Of a stretch of 64,000 bases of DNA, positions 1-9,308 are shown in pieces. The stretch is taken from positions 79,617-143,616 of the forward strand of contig DAOTWF010000017.1 in assembly GCA_034435835.1 (NCBI GenBank). Direction: 5' to 3'. The notes below the pieces were generated by a model. It saw nothing but the letters and a program-made list of their open reading frames with translations, did not search any database and had not been told where the DNA came from. The translations under genes were made by a program, and so were the position numbers. Each line of letters opens with the position of its first letter. The stretch's first letter is position 1. The stretch comes from Dehalococcoidia bacterium (GTDB taxonomy: Bacteria; Chloroflexota; Dehalococcoidia; GIF9; UBA5629).

Positions 1-14
1 AGCTGTACCCGCGG

Positions 15-43
15 TTGACTCGACAGGAAAAAAGGTCTTAAAT
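15..43 (+). promoter_or_regulatory. candidate sigma70-type promoter upstream of ORF 61..567
   Basis: TTGACT (15-20), 17-nt spacer, TTAAAT (38-43), followed by an AT-rich stretch before the ATG at 61. Sequence match only. Confidence 0.3.
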
Positions 44-60
44 ATTACAACAGTTAATAA

Positions 61-567
61 ATGAGCAACGCCTCAACATACCGCGCTGGACTGCAGTCAC
101 TGGCTCTGGCACTGATCTTCATGCCGGAGCCCGTGAGCACGGTGGTCGGTCTTGGCTTGCTCGGCGTGTCACGCGCCATAGAGACGTCCAGGCCGAATAA
201 TTTCCGCCGCCTCAGCAACGGCATCAGCGACCACTTCGATTATAAGCTCGCGATAAGGGGTAACTCTACAATCGCTGTAGAGTTTAAACCCAAGCGGCAT
301 GGGCAGCTCCCCAGAGCATACCCCAAGATCGCCAGACTGCAGGACAACCCCGAAGCTCTGAAATCGCTGCAGGAAAAAGTACAGCTACAGCTCAAGAAGG
401 GAACGACAGCCCCCTCAGCGCTGGAGTCGGCAGGGCTGCTCAGGCCACCGGTGCGCCTGCACCCGAGACTGACACCAAGCAGCCTTACAGTCCCCCCCAT
501 CGCAGGCAGGGGCTCTGCTCAAGGAGCCAGAACTAGGAGAGGTGCGCCTCAGAGCAGAATAACTTAA
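61..567 (+). CDS. hypothetical protein (possible N-terminal membrane segment)
   Basis: 168-aa ORF with ATG start. Hydrophobic N-terminus (LQSLALALIFMPEPVSTVVGLGLLGV). No recognisable motif. The C-terminal third is low-complexity P/R/S-rich. Confidence 0.3.
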   Translation: MSNASTYRAGLQSLALALIFMPEPVSTVVGLGLLGVSRAIETSRPNNFRRLSNGISDHFDYKLAIRGNSTIAVEFKPKRHGQLPRAYPKIARLQDNPEALKSLQEKVQLQLKKGTTAPSALESAGLLRPPVRLHPRLTPSSLTVPPIAGRGSAQGARTRRGAPQSRIT

Positions 568-609
568 ACCAAAGCAATACCGACTCACTACAAAAAGGAG
601 AAGCACTGA

Positions 610-2016
610 GTGACAGGTGAAACCAGAGGGACTGACCTGACACCCTTTTTCCAGCCCCGCTCTATAGCTATAGTGGGCGCCTCAAAGGACGAGCTGAAGT
701 CAGGCGGTATGTTCATCTCTAGCCTGCTCAAGGACGGTTATGAGGGTGTCATCTACCCCATCAACCCCAGGGAATCTGAAATTATGTCCCTGAAGTGTTA
801 CTCCAGCGTCAGTGAGGTGCCCGGAGAGGTCGACCTCGCTATTATAGCCATACCGGCAAAAAATGTGCCCAAGGCGATGGCTGACTGCGCACAGAAAAAG
901 GTAAGGTTCGCCATCGTGCACAGCGCCGGCTTCGCCGAGCTCGGTGGCGAGGGAATGAAATTACAGCGTGAGATGGTGGAAATAGCCCGAGGTGGTGGTG
1001 TGCGGGTGGTGGGGCCCAACTGCATGGGGATTTTCTCACCGAAGGCTAAGATCAACACAATATCCGCCCATACTAGAATGGCGATGGAGCCCGGCGGCAT
1101 CGCCTTCGCGGGGCAGAGCGGCTGGGCGAGCGAGAACATGGTGCTCCTCGGCACCGAGCGCGGACTGCGCTTCAAAGGAGTGGTCAGCATCGGCAACCAG
1201 AGCGATCTCTCCATCGAGGACTTTCTGGAGTACTTCGGTACTGATCCTGAGACAAAGGTTATCTGTTTCTACATTGAGGGGCTGAAACAGCCGAAGCGTT
1301 TCTTCAAACTTGCAGAGAAAATTTCACCGCAGAAGCCAATAATCGTCTGGAAGGGCGGTAGCTCCGAGGCAGGAGCAAAAGCCGCCATGTCACACACCGC
1401 CTCACTGGCTGGCAGCTACACCGTTTTCGAAGCCGCCTGTAAGCAGAATGGGGTCGTCCTTGCGCAGGGGCTAAAGGAGCTCATGGACTTAGCAGCGGGC
1501 TTCTCAGCATCATTCCTGCCGCAGGGCAGAGAGGTGGGCTTACTCATCGAGGCTGGCGGCGGTGCTGTCGCCAGTGCCGATGCCTGCGCTAAGGAAGGGC
1601 TGAAGGTATCACCGCTGCCCGAAGCTGTCCAGCAGAGGCTGCGCGACTTCCTCAAGGACAGGATACCGCCCTCACCCAGCCTCAAAAATCCGGTGGATCT
1701 GGTCTGGGTACCCTTCGGCGAGGCAAACCTTGTCTACAGCACCTGCCTTGAGCTCATGATTGAGGCAGTGGACGCCTGCCTCACCATCTGCTACGCCTTT
1801 CTGGAGGACGAAAACTTCCTCGCCCGGCTGGAAGGAATACGCGATAAAGCCAAAAAGCCCATCGTCGTGGTGCCGGGGCATTCCAACGAGCAGCAAAAGG
1901 GGATGACCCTGGCGACGAGGCGTGGCATTCCCGCCTATGCCATGCCCGAGGACGCTATAAGGGTGCTCGGCGCCATGGTGCGGCGTTCTGAGTATTTGAA
2001 AAGCCTGCAGCCCTGA
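610..2016 (+). CDS. CoA-binding, ADP-forming acyl-CoA synthetase alpha-subunit-like protein (succinyl-CoA-ligase-like fold)
   Basis: N-terminal CoA-binding signature FFQPRSIAIVGAS...GYEGVIYPINP. Also VVGPNCMGIF and a phosphohistidine-loop-like AMSHTASLAGS. GTG start. Paralogous to 29172..30647 and 30816..32288. Confidence 0.8.
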   Translation: MTGETRGTDLTPFFQPRSIAIVGASKDELKSGGMFISSLLKDGYEGVIYPINPRESEIMSLKCYSSVSEVPGEVDLAIIAIPAKNVPKAMADCAQKKVRFAIVHSAGFAELGGEGMKLQREMVEIARGGGVRVVGPNCMGIFSPKAKINTISAHTRMAMEPGGIAFAGQSGWASENMVLLGTERGLRFKGVVSIGNQSDLSIEDFLEYFGTDPETKVICFYIEGLKQPKRFFKLAEKISPQKPIIVWKGGSSEAGAKAAMSHTASLAGSYTVFEAACKQNGVVLAQGLKELMDLAAGFSASFLPQGREVGLLIEAGGGAVASADACAKEGLKVSPLPEAVQQRLRDFLKDRIPPSPSLKNPVDLVWVPFGEANLVYSTCLELMIEAVDACLTICYAFLEDENFLARLEGIRDKAKKPIVVVPGHSNEQQKGMTLATRRGIPAYAMPEDAIRVLGAMVRRSEYLKSLQP

Positions 2017-2028
2017 TAATCTGGGCGG

Positions 2029-3957
2029 TCAGACCTCCAGCCCCACCCGGTAGCCCTCCTCCACCGCCTCCCTTATCCCCCGCGGCGTCACGCAGTCACC
2101 CACACGCACCAGCTTGGGCACCTTTCTCCTGAGCAACTTTGCCAGCCCGTCGTTGGGTACAGCACCGGCTGCCACCACCACAGTGTCCGCCTCCACCAGC
2201 CGCCTGTTGCCCTCGCTGTCCCGGATCACCACGCCGTCTCCGGTGATTTCCTCGTAATTCACACCGGTGAGGATGGTGGCACCCTTAATATGCAACCTCT
2301 CGATCATCGGCTCCCTCACCGAACGGTTAACTTTGGTCGCCAGCCTTGCCCCACGCCTCATGATGGTCACCTTCTTGCCACGGTCAAGAAGGTAGAGTGC
2401 CGTCTCGCAACCGACAAGTTCGCCGCCGATTATCGCTACCCGCCCACCGGTCTCAGCGCCGCTGAGCACCTGGCTTGCCAGCAGCACATTCTTCCCCTTG
2501 ATTCCGGCGATGTCCGGAATGAACGGCTTGACGCCGGTCGCCAGGATGACCACATCGGGCTTACACTCTGAGAGCAGGTCGGGGGTGAACTCCTGCTTCA
2601 GCCTCACCCTAACGCCAAGCTTATTCACCTGCCCGATGAGATACCGACGGTAAGCCTCGATGGTGTCTTTGAACGGAGGTTTAGCCGCCAGTATGAGCTG
2701 CCCGCCAAGTTCATCAGCCTGCTCAAAAAGCACCACCTCGTGTCCCCGCTGCGCTGCTACGATAGCAGCCTGCATGCCGCCGGGACCTGCACCGACCACC
2801 ACCACCTTCTTCCTTTTCCCCACCAGCAGCGCCGCCCACTCCCTTTCCCTGCCCAGCGTGGGGTTCACTGTGCAGCCGACGCCGTTGCCCCTCCTTCTCC
2901 CCACACTGTCCAAACAGTAGAAGCAGCGCAGGCAGGTCCTTATGTCCTCCAGTCTGCCATTGGCTATCTTTCCCACCGTATGAGCATCGGCAAGGAGCTG
3001 CCTGCCCATGGCAATAAAGTCCGCTCTCCCCTGGCGGAGCGCTTCCTCGCCAATTTCCGGTGTTATCCTGCCCACCGCGATCACCGGCACCGAAACCGCC
3101 TGTTTCACCGCCTCAGCGTACTCAATGAAGGCGCCGGGCTGCTGCGCCATCGGTGGACGACGGGCGACGCCAACCGCATGCGCCGAGACATGGATGGCAT
3201 CGGCACCGGCTTCCTCAGCCAACTTTGCCACTACCCTGGTCTCCTCCAGCGTGATGCCCCCTTCTACATTCATCTCCACGGCGCTGAGCCGGCACCATAC
3301 CGGATAGTCGCGCCCCAGCCTTGAGCGTATCGCCCTTATCACCTCCACAAGGAACCGCGCCCGGTTTTCCAGGCTGCCGCCGTACTCGTCCTGCCGCCTA
3401 TTGGAAAGTGGCGAGAGGAACTGGCTCACCAGATAGCCGTGGGCACCGTGTATTTCCACACCATCGAAGCCGGCCTCCCTCGCCCGCCAGGCAGCCTCAG
3501 CAAAGCAGCTAACCAGCCGCTTTATCTCCTCCAGGGTGAGTTCATTCGGTACCTCGCCATCGCGACCAGGGATGGGTGATGGTGCCACCGGCTTGAAGCC
3601 GGTAAGGCGGGAAGAGGTCTGCCTGCCGGCGTGGTGCAACTGTATCGCCGCCCTGGCGCCATGGCGCTTGACGGCGGCAGCCAGCTTGGCAAGCCCAGGG
3701 ATGAAGGTATCCTGGTCGACTACAATCTGCCTCACAAGTCCTCTGCCCACGGGTGCATCTATGCAGCTAATCTCCACAATGATCAGCCCCGGTCCTTCCT
3801 TAGCCCTCTCCTCGTAGTAGGCTATCAGCCTCTCTGTCACCGAACCGTCCTCAGAGGCATAGCCAGTAGCCATCGGCGGCATGACAATGCGGTTCCTGAC
3901 CTCCATGGTGCCGATCTTTCCCGGCTGAAAAAGCCTTTCAAACTCTGCTGACGCCAT
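2029..3957 (-). CDS. Old-Yellow-Enzyme family NADH:flavin oxidoreductase / 2,4-dienoyl-CoA reductase-like protein
   Basis: N-terminal OYE TIM-barrel motifs (RNRIVMPPMATGY, HGAHGYLVSQFLSP). Fe-S motif CLRCFYC...C. C-terminal Rossmann VVVVGAGPGGMQAA. Start moved to the ATG at 3957, which is preceded by GGAGGT; the track ORF extends to 3990. Confidence 0.85.
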   Translation of the reverse strand: MASAEFERLFQPGKIGTMEVRNRIVMPPMATGYASEDGSVTERLIAYYEERAKEGPGLIIVEISCIDAPVGRGLVRQIVVDQDTFIPGLAKLAAAVKRHGARAAIQLHHAGRQTSSRLTGFKPVAPSPIPGRDGEVPNELTLEEIKRLVSCFAEAAWRAREAGFDGVEIHGAHGYLVSQFLSPLSNRRQDEYGGSLENRARFLVEVIRAIRSRLGRDYPVWCRLSAVEMNVEGGITLEETRVVAKLAEEAGADAIHVSAHAVGVARRPPMAQQPGAFIEYAEAVKQAVSVPVIAVGRITPEIGEEALRQGRADFIAMGRQLLADAHTVGKIANGRLEDIRTCLRCFYCLDSVGRRRGNGVGCTVNPTLGREREWAALLVGKRKKVVVVGAGPGGMQAAIVAAQRGHEVVLFEQADELGGQLILAAKPPFKDTIEAYRRYLIGQVNKLGVRVRLKQEFTPDLLSECKPDVVILATGVKPFIPDIAGIKGKNVLLASQVLSGAETGGRVAIIGGELVGCETALYLLDRGKKVTIMRRGARLATKVNRSVREPMIERLHIKGATILTGVNYEEITGDGVVIRDSEGNRRLVEADTVVVAAGAVPNDGLAKLLRRKVPKLVRVGDCVTPRGIREAVEEGYRVGLEV

Positions 3958-4053
3958 TGGGTTACCTCCTCTAGCAGAAGTGGGGGACAATGATGCTGTA
4001 ATTTAACACAACCCGCAGAGCGGGTTCAAACCCACTCCTCGCCGAGGACAGAA

Positions 4054-4510
4054 TTATGTCGAGGTTGGGAAAGCAGGGTTATCTTGCTGGCAGACGGCGA
4101 CGCCGATGACACGGGGACCGACTTGGGTGCCGATGACCGGGCTGATCTTGAGCCAGCGGATGTGCTCCTTGGGGAATTCGGCGCTGAGCTCCCGTGCCAG
4201 CATGTCGTCCTCACCGTGCGTCATGGCGTCCTCAATCGCCAGCTCTTTTATCTCCAGGAAGGGTGAGACGAAGTCGCGGAGGTATTCCAGTGCCTTCGCT
4301 CGGCATCTCACCCCGGTCACCCCCACGGTGATGCCATCCTTAAGGGAAAAGGATTGTGTTCAACTTCAGCGCCGAGCCCAGAAAAGCCTGCGCCCTGCCG
4401 ATGCACCCGCCACACTGAAGGTATTCTAGTGTGTCAAAGACGATGCGTAGATCCGCCCGCCTCATGCTGTCATACACCACCCGCTTCACCTCCTCCATAT
4501 ACGACTTTCG
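4054..4510 (-). pseudogene. DegV-family (fatty-acid-binding) gene remnant, N-terminally truncated and frameshifted
   Basis: Minus-strand translation gives ...SYMEEVKRVVYDSMRRADLRIVFDTLEYLQCGGCIGRAQAFLGSALKLNTILFP-stop. Shifted by one frame near 4350 it continues SLKDGITVGVTGVRCRAKALEYLRDFV...ISPVIGTQVGPRVIGVAV. This matches the C-terminal half of DegV proteins (DTLEYL-GGRIG and PVIG-H-GPG regions). The N-terminal half is absent because the upstream gene's stop codon is at 4545. Confidence 0.6.
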
Positions 4511-4544
4511 CCTGTCAACGGCTGCTGTGATTGCTGGTTTTGGC

Positions 4545-5600
4545 TTATTTTGCCAGCTTTGGCGCCAGCCAGCAGCCGAGGTCGGTCGCCATCATGTCAC
4601 CGGTCTCCTCATATGCCCTACCTCGGCAACCACTGCAGGTAAGCTTGTAATCGCACCTGCCGCATTCGCCTCTGAGCAGCTCTCTTTTTCTCAACTGCTG
4701 TAACACCGACGAGTTCTTCCAGATGGAGGCTATATCCTGCTGCCTGATATTGCCCAAGTTTATCTGTAGCAGCATGCACGGGTTCACCTCGCCATTGCAC
4801 TGGACCATCACATAGCCCATGGGCATGCCGGCGGCACAGCCTCTGCCGTAGTAAGGGATCCTCCTCAAAAGTTCAGAGGGAAAGTGTCTTGGCTTAATCT
4901 GCTTTTGTTGTAGCAACAAGGGGTACATGGGGCATCCCGGTACCCTGATGACTATGGGACAGTCCGCTTGAAGTTGGGCAAGCCGTTCCATAGCCTGTCG
5001 TCTCTCTTCGTTACTCAGCACCTGCCCCCGGCACTCCTCTTTAGCCCGTCCGGCAGCCACCAAGTCGAACAGTTCAGCGGCATCCGCACCGTATTCCACA
5101 GCCATCTGCACCAGGTCCTCCAGTTGCGACAATGTTTCCTTCCTGATTACCGTATTGAACTGGAAGGGCAGACCTGTCTTCCTGCAGGCTTCCACCCCCC
5201 TTAAAGCATCGGCGAAGGCACCTGAAACACCCCTGAAAGAATCATGTGTCTGCGCGTCGGCGCCGTCGATGGAGATAGCAACCGCCATCACGCCGACTTC
5301 CTTCATTTTCCTAGCGGCGACTTCGTCTATGAGTGTGCCGTTGCTGCCGATGGTGGTCCTTATCCCCTTGCTTGAGGCATAGCTAATAACATCGAACAGG
5401 TCTTCGCGGCATAACGGCTCTCCACCATCTATAATGAGCAGCCCGATGCCCCATCTGGAGAGGTTATCGATCAGGCTGAGCGCTTCCTCCGTGGAGAGTT
5501 CATCCGGTGCTGGCTCATCCACCGATCCGCTATAGCAGTGCTTGCACTTCAGGTTGCATTTTCGGGTAATGCTGTATGATACCATGAACGGTGGTTGCAC
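4545..5600 (-). CDS. radical SAM protein with C-terminal SPASM-type auxiliary-cluster domain (NirJ/AhbD/maturase-like)
   Basis: CNLKCKHCY (Cx3Cx2C) near the N-terminus, and IIDGGEPL. C-terminal Cys-rich region GRGCAAG...CNGEVNPC...CGRCDYKLTCSGCRGRAY. GTG start preceded by GGGAGGAG. Confidence 0.8.
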   Translation of the reverse strand: MQPPFMVSYSITRKCNLKCKHCYSGSVDEPAPDELSTEEALSLIDNLSRWGIGLLIIDGGEPLCREDLFDVISYASSKGIRTTIGSNGTLIDEVAARKMKEVGVMAVAISIDGADAQTHDSFRGVSGAFADALRGVEACRKTGLPFQFNTVIRKETLSQLEDLVQMAVEYGADAAELFDLVAAGRAKEECRGQVLSNEERRQAMERLAQLQADCPIVIRVPGCPMYPLLLQQKQIKPRHFPSELLRRIPYYGRGCAAGMPMGYVMVQCNGEVNPCMLLQINLGNIRQQDIASIWKNSSVLQQLRKRELLRGECGRCDYKLTCSGCRGRAYEETGDMMATDLGCWLAPKLAK

Positions 5601-5773
5601 CTGTCTCCTCCCGTAAGTTATTGTGCTGTGGTGAGCGTTACATGGCTGCCGTGGCTGGCTGGCTTGGTTTCGGCATAGTCTAACATAGCCCTGCTACCAT
5701 GGCAACGCGAAAGGGTCAGGTTGTTCCGGCGGACACGAGCCTTTATACTAAGAGCAGCTGTGGAGAAAAGCGA

Positions 5774-6883
5774 ATGGCTGGCACGATAAAGCTGGGGGAA
5801 CTATTTGGCATACCGGTGCGGCTGCACTATACCTGGCTGGTGGCGCTGGTGCTGGTGAGCATAGCGCTGGCGCTGTACTTCTGGGGAGTGCATTCGGCGT
5901 GGCATAACCTGGCGTCCGGTGCCGCTGCCAGTGTGCTATTTTTCTTTTCCATGTGCCTGCGCGAAATTGCCTGCGTTTTTGCTGCCAGAAAGCTGGGCAT
6001 GCCGGTGAGGGGGATAACACTGTTCGTCTTCGCTGGCATGCCCCGTATCGCCGAGCAGGACTCAAAGCCCCTGCCCGAGCTCGCCCTTGCTGCCGTTGGC
6101 TTCCTGGCTAACCTGGCTATCGCCGGAGTGTTCTATGCCCTTTACGGCATGTTGATTAACCTGGGCAGCCTATCACTTGCCGATCTGATGCAATGGCTGT
6201 TCTACTTCAATATTATGGTAGCCCTGTTCAACCTGCTGCCGGCACCGCCGCTAGCCATGGGCATAGCACTGCAGGCTGTCCTGCAGCTGGCACTGGGTGA
6301 CCTGAGCCGGGCAGCCCGCATCGCCACGCTGCTTGGTCGCAGCATCGCCATAATGCTCATCCTGACCGGCATTACAGTGCTCGTCGCCAGCCGTGACCTG
6401 TTCGCCGGCACCGCCATCGCGGTCTCCGGCTGGTTTCTGGAAAATGCCGCCTCAGCCAGCCGGCGGCAAGCGCTGGTGCGCCACGCCCTCCACGGAATCA
6501 CCGCCCATAACCTCATGACCGAAGACTATACCCCTCTAAAGCAACAGCTTACCTTCGGGCTGGTGCGCGACTACATCATCAATTCAGGGCAGAACTGCTT
6601 CTTCGTTATCGAGGACGGCAAGCTGGAGGGCATCGTCACCCTCACAGATATCCTTATCCCGCCGAAGCGCTGGAACTCCACAAGGATAAGCGATATTATG
6701 ACACCGGCAAGAAAGCTGAAGACGGCACCGCCATCCGAGCCAGCGGTAAACTTGCTAGAACTAATGGACGATTTTGGCATAGGTCAGGTGCCCGTGGTCA
6801 GGGGCAGAATGCCTCTGGGCATGGTCACCAGGGAAAGGCTACTGCGCTTCCTCAAGGCACGGGCAATTCTACGGGCTTTTTAA
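5774..6883 (+). CDS. M50 (site-2 protease) family membrane protein with C-terminal CBS pair; predicted catalytically inactive
   Basis: LGELFGIPVRLHYTWLV start typical of COG1994 S2P-CBS proteins. The HExxH position reads REIAC, the GG-VA region reads AGMP, and NLLPxxPLDGG reads NLLPAPPLAMG. Two CBS-like repeats sit at the C-terminus (ITAHNLMTEDY..., ISDIMTPARK...). Start set to the ATG at 5774 (GGAGAA RBS); the track ORF begins at 5699. Confidence 0.75.
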   Translation: MAGTIKLGELFGIPVRLHYTWLVALVLVSIALALYFWGVHSAWHNLASGAAASVLFFFSMCLREIACVFAARKLGMPVRGITLFVFAGMPRIAEQDSKPLPELALAAVGFLANLAIAGVFYALYGMLINLGSLSLADLMQWLFYFNIMVALFNLLPAPPLAMGIALQAVLQLALGDLSRAARIATLLGRSIAIMLILTGITVLVASRDLFAGTAIAVSGWFLENAASASRRQALVRHALHGITAHNLMTEDYTPLKQQLTFGLVRDYIINSGQNCFFVIEDGKLEGIVTLTDILIPPKRWNSTRISDIMTPARKLKTAPPSEPAVNLLELMDDFGIGQVPVVRGRMPLGMVTRERLLRFLKARAILRAF

Positions 6884-6889
6884 TGACGG

Positions 6890-8359
6890 CTATCTGGTGG
6901 GCGCTTCGGGCACTGCCGGCACCTCATCGATAACCTTCCTCTGCCGGACCTCTTTGTAGTAAACCCGCCAGTTAGCCTCAAACCAGCGGAATGGCTTCTC
7001 GGCGCGGGAGAACGCCAGCACCCTCATATCCTGCAGGTCATCGCTCAGCCAGGCTGCCCGATAGACCTCGCTCAGGGGTGTCCCCGCCGTAACCTCAATC
7101 TCCCAGCGGTCACGCCTGAGCCCGGCATCAAGCCTGCCCTGGAGGTATATCTCCCAGTCAATCCTTACAGAGCTTCTCGGTGCAGCCGAGGTCCTGAGGT
7201 AGAGCCGGCAGTCACAGGTATCGTTCGGCTCGAGCCAGCGCACCTCCCCCAAGCTGGTAAACCATGCTGAAGAGTCCATTTTCCTCACCGTATACCGACT
7301 TCGCGCCACTTCCTCATAGCTAGCCAGCGCCGGCGATACCACATCCTCCCACTGCTGCCATTTCACATAAGAGGGGTTCCAGTGCCACACAGTACCTCTG
7401 CCGCCGAGGACGTCGCCCAGGATGTCGTTCCAGTACTCCTTGCCCATGCCCGATGGTGCCCGGCGGCTGAAACTGCCCTGCCGCGCGAGCGCAGAACACT
7501 CGACGTCACCGCCGAACAGGTACTTCAGTATCTGCTCCGCTATAAACCCCGCGACCTCCTTCATGTTGCCAAAATCGCTGTGTCCGTACTCGCCGTAATA
7601 AACCACATCAGCGCCCTCACTGTACATTGCCGATACCGGCAGGGCGCCGTCGTCCATGTCCCGGGGATACATGTCCATGCCGCCGTAGTTGAACTGACTA
7701 CCCAATGGTGCGACCTCCCCGGAGACCAACGCCAGCCAGTGTCTATTCCTTGCCACCCAGTCGCCATCGACACTGCTATCGTATGTCGCCACCGATTTAC
7801 ATACCCCCCTGTCAGCACGTACCACCATGGCGGCACGGCAATAGCTCTCGAAAGTGGCTGCCCCTGCCATAAAGTACTTATTCAACGGCGGCACTGGACT
7901 ATTGATGGTGACCACCAGCACTGTCCTGTCAGCCAAGCTGCCCACGTTTTTCGCCACCCCGTAGAGGGCAGCCTTGCCGCCCATGCTGTGCCCGATGAGC
8001 ACCAGACTACCCTCCTGTGGCAAGTACTGGTCAACGCTTTTCGCCAGGTTCAGCGCCCAGGTATCCAGGTCAACATCGTTGGGATAACAGCGGTTGAGGA
8101 TATTGAACCTTACCTTGACGCCGGGGTTAGCGCGCTCGTATTCCTGAATGTAGCTGAAGATGCGTTCGGAGAGGATATCAGCCAGCAGTTGCTGGGCGCA
8201 GGAGTTGCCGCCGGCACCGTGGCTGAAGACGAAATTCAGCGTCTTCACCATCACCGGCGTTTCCGCCCGCACCGTCGAAACAAACAGGATTAACAGGGGA
8301 CAGAGGGATAGCCAGACAATAAAAGCAAGCCTTCGCATGGTCTGCACCAAAACACCCAC
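6890..8359 (-). CDS. secreted alpha/beta-hydrolase (lipase/esterase-like) with uncharacterised ~200-aa C-terminal domain
   Basis: Signal-peptide-like N-terminus (MRRLAFIVWLSLCPLLILFVSTVRA). Nucleophile elbow LIGHSMGG. HGAGGN near the N-terminus. I recognise no motif in the C-terminal half. The alternative ATG at 8338 is equally plausible. Confidence 0.65.
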   Translation of the reverse strand: MGVLVQTMRRLAFIVWLSLCPLLILFVSTVRAETPVMVKTLNFVFSHGAGGNSCAQQLLADILSERIFSYIQEYERANPGVKVRFNILNRCYPNDVDLDTWALNLAKSVDQYLPQEGSLVLIGHSMGGKAALYGVAKNVGSLADRTVLVVTINSPVPPLNKYFMAGAATFESYCRAAMVVRADRGVCKSVATYDSSVDGDWVARNRHWLALVSGEVAPLGSQFNYGGMDMYPRDMDDGALPVSAMYSEGADVVYYGEYGHSDFGNMKEVAGFIAEQILKYLFGGDVECSALARQGSFSRRAPSGMGKEYWNDILGDVLGGRGTVWHWNPSYVKWQQWEDVVSPALASYEEVARSRYTVRKMDSSAWFTSLGEVRWLEPNDTCDCRLYLRTSAAPRSSVRIDWEIYLQGRLDAGLRRDRWEIEVTAGTPLSEVYRAAWLSDDLQDMRVLAFSRAEKPFRWFEANWRVYYKEVRQRKVIDEVPAVPEAPTR

Positions 8360-8430
8360 TCTAATATAGCAAAAATGCTATCAATTACCTAGCGGACGGT
8401 AGCGCACAGGTGTGCCGCGCTGCCTTCGGG

Positions 8431-9300
8431 TCACCTGCGGTAGACGCCGATGATTTCGAAGCCTTCAGGGATACGGTGCTCCCTAGTCAACCGTTCGGCG
8501 TGAAAGCCTTCAAGTTGCCACTTGCCTTCCCAGCCCATCTCCCGCGCCGCCAAATAAAAATGGCACATGGCGATGCCCACATCCAGCCGGTAATAATGTT
8601 TGCCCTGGCGCACGCTGGCATATCGTCCGGCAGCATCAGCCAGCGCCACCACCTCGCTTTCAGTCACCAGAAAACGCCACGGCTGGGTGTTCGCCCAGGA
8701 AGGCGCCAGCCGGGCACACTCCAGCGCCTCCAGGAGCACCTCGTTCTGCGTCTCAAGCGGCTCACCCCATACCTTACCGAAAGCTATCGCACTTAAAGGC
8801 TTGCGCCTGCCGAAGTCCCGGGCACCTATCTTGATAATGTTTCTGGCAAACCTTCCATAAAACGATGTGTCCGGATAGCCAAGCGGCGTTAAGGCGATGA
8901 CCCGCTCTCCCATCTTTAAGTCCATCAGCTCGCCGATGCTCGCCTCGGTGAACATGCCGCCGATCCAGCAGGTGCCCAGACCCTTTTCGGTGGCACACAG
9001 CACCAGTTGCTCCATGCGGAACCCCATGTTTTCCATAAAGTGCGGCTTCTCCTGAGAGGTGGCAACGATGAAATGCGGTGCCGAGCCGAAGAGCCAGCGC
9101 CCACCGGTGAGCATCGTCATACGCTCGGCTATCACCCTGCCCTCGGTGAATAGATGAAAATGCACCGCGATCTCCGGAGCCAGCGCCACTGACTTCTCAC
9201 CAGCCTTCATCACTGCCTCAAGCACCTCGTCGGCGACCCCCTGCGAAAGGTAGTGCCGGATGCTCCTGCGGCGGCGGATGATGTCACGAATGTCAGCCAT
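8431..9300 (-). CDS. nitroreductase-family protein (two nitroreductase-like halves)
   Basis: RRRRSIRHYLSQGV near the N-terminus. Second-half motif LECARLAPSWANTQPWRF. Starts 8 nt after the stop of the upstream 1384-aa gene. Confidence 0.8.
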   Translation of the reverse strand: MADIRDIIRRRRSIRHYLSQGVADEVLEAVMKAGEKSVALAPEIAVHFHLFTEGRVIAERMTMLTGGRWLFGSAPHFIVATSQEKPHFMENMGFRMEQLVLCATEKGLGTCWIGGMFTEASIGELMDLKMGERVIALTPLGYPDTSFYGRFARNIIKIGARDFGRRKPLSAIAFGKVWGEPLETQNEVLLEALECARLAPSWANTQPWRFLVTESEVVALADAAGRYASVRQGKHYYRLDVGIAMCHFYLAAREMGWEGKWQLEGFHAERLTREHRIPEGFEIIGVYRR

Positions 9301-9308
9301 AGCTCATT

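Noticed and set aside
5601-5698. 16-aa ORF (MLDYAETKPASHGSHV, minus strand) upstream of the radical SAM/SPASM gene, considered as a possible RiPP precursor.
   Set aside because: It has no RBS, no Cys or other typical modification targets, and no leader-like length. It lies in a divergent promoter region, so it is most likely a chance ORF.
7382-8293. 303-aa plus-strand ORF.
   Set aside because: It lies entirely antisense to the alpha/beta-hydrolase gene, which has a signal peptide and a GHSMGG motif. Its composition is R/H/P/A-rich, typical of shadow ORFs in GC-rich DNA.
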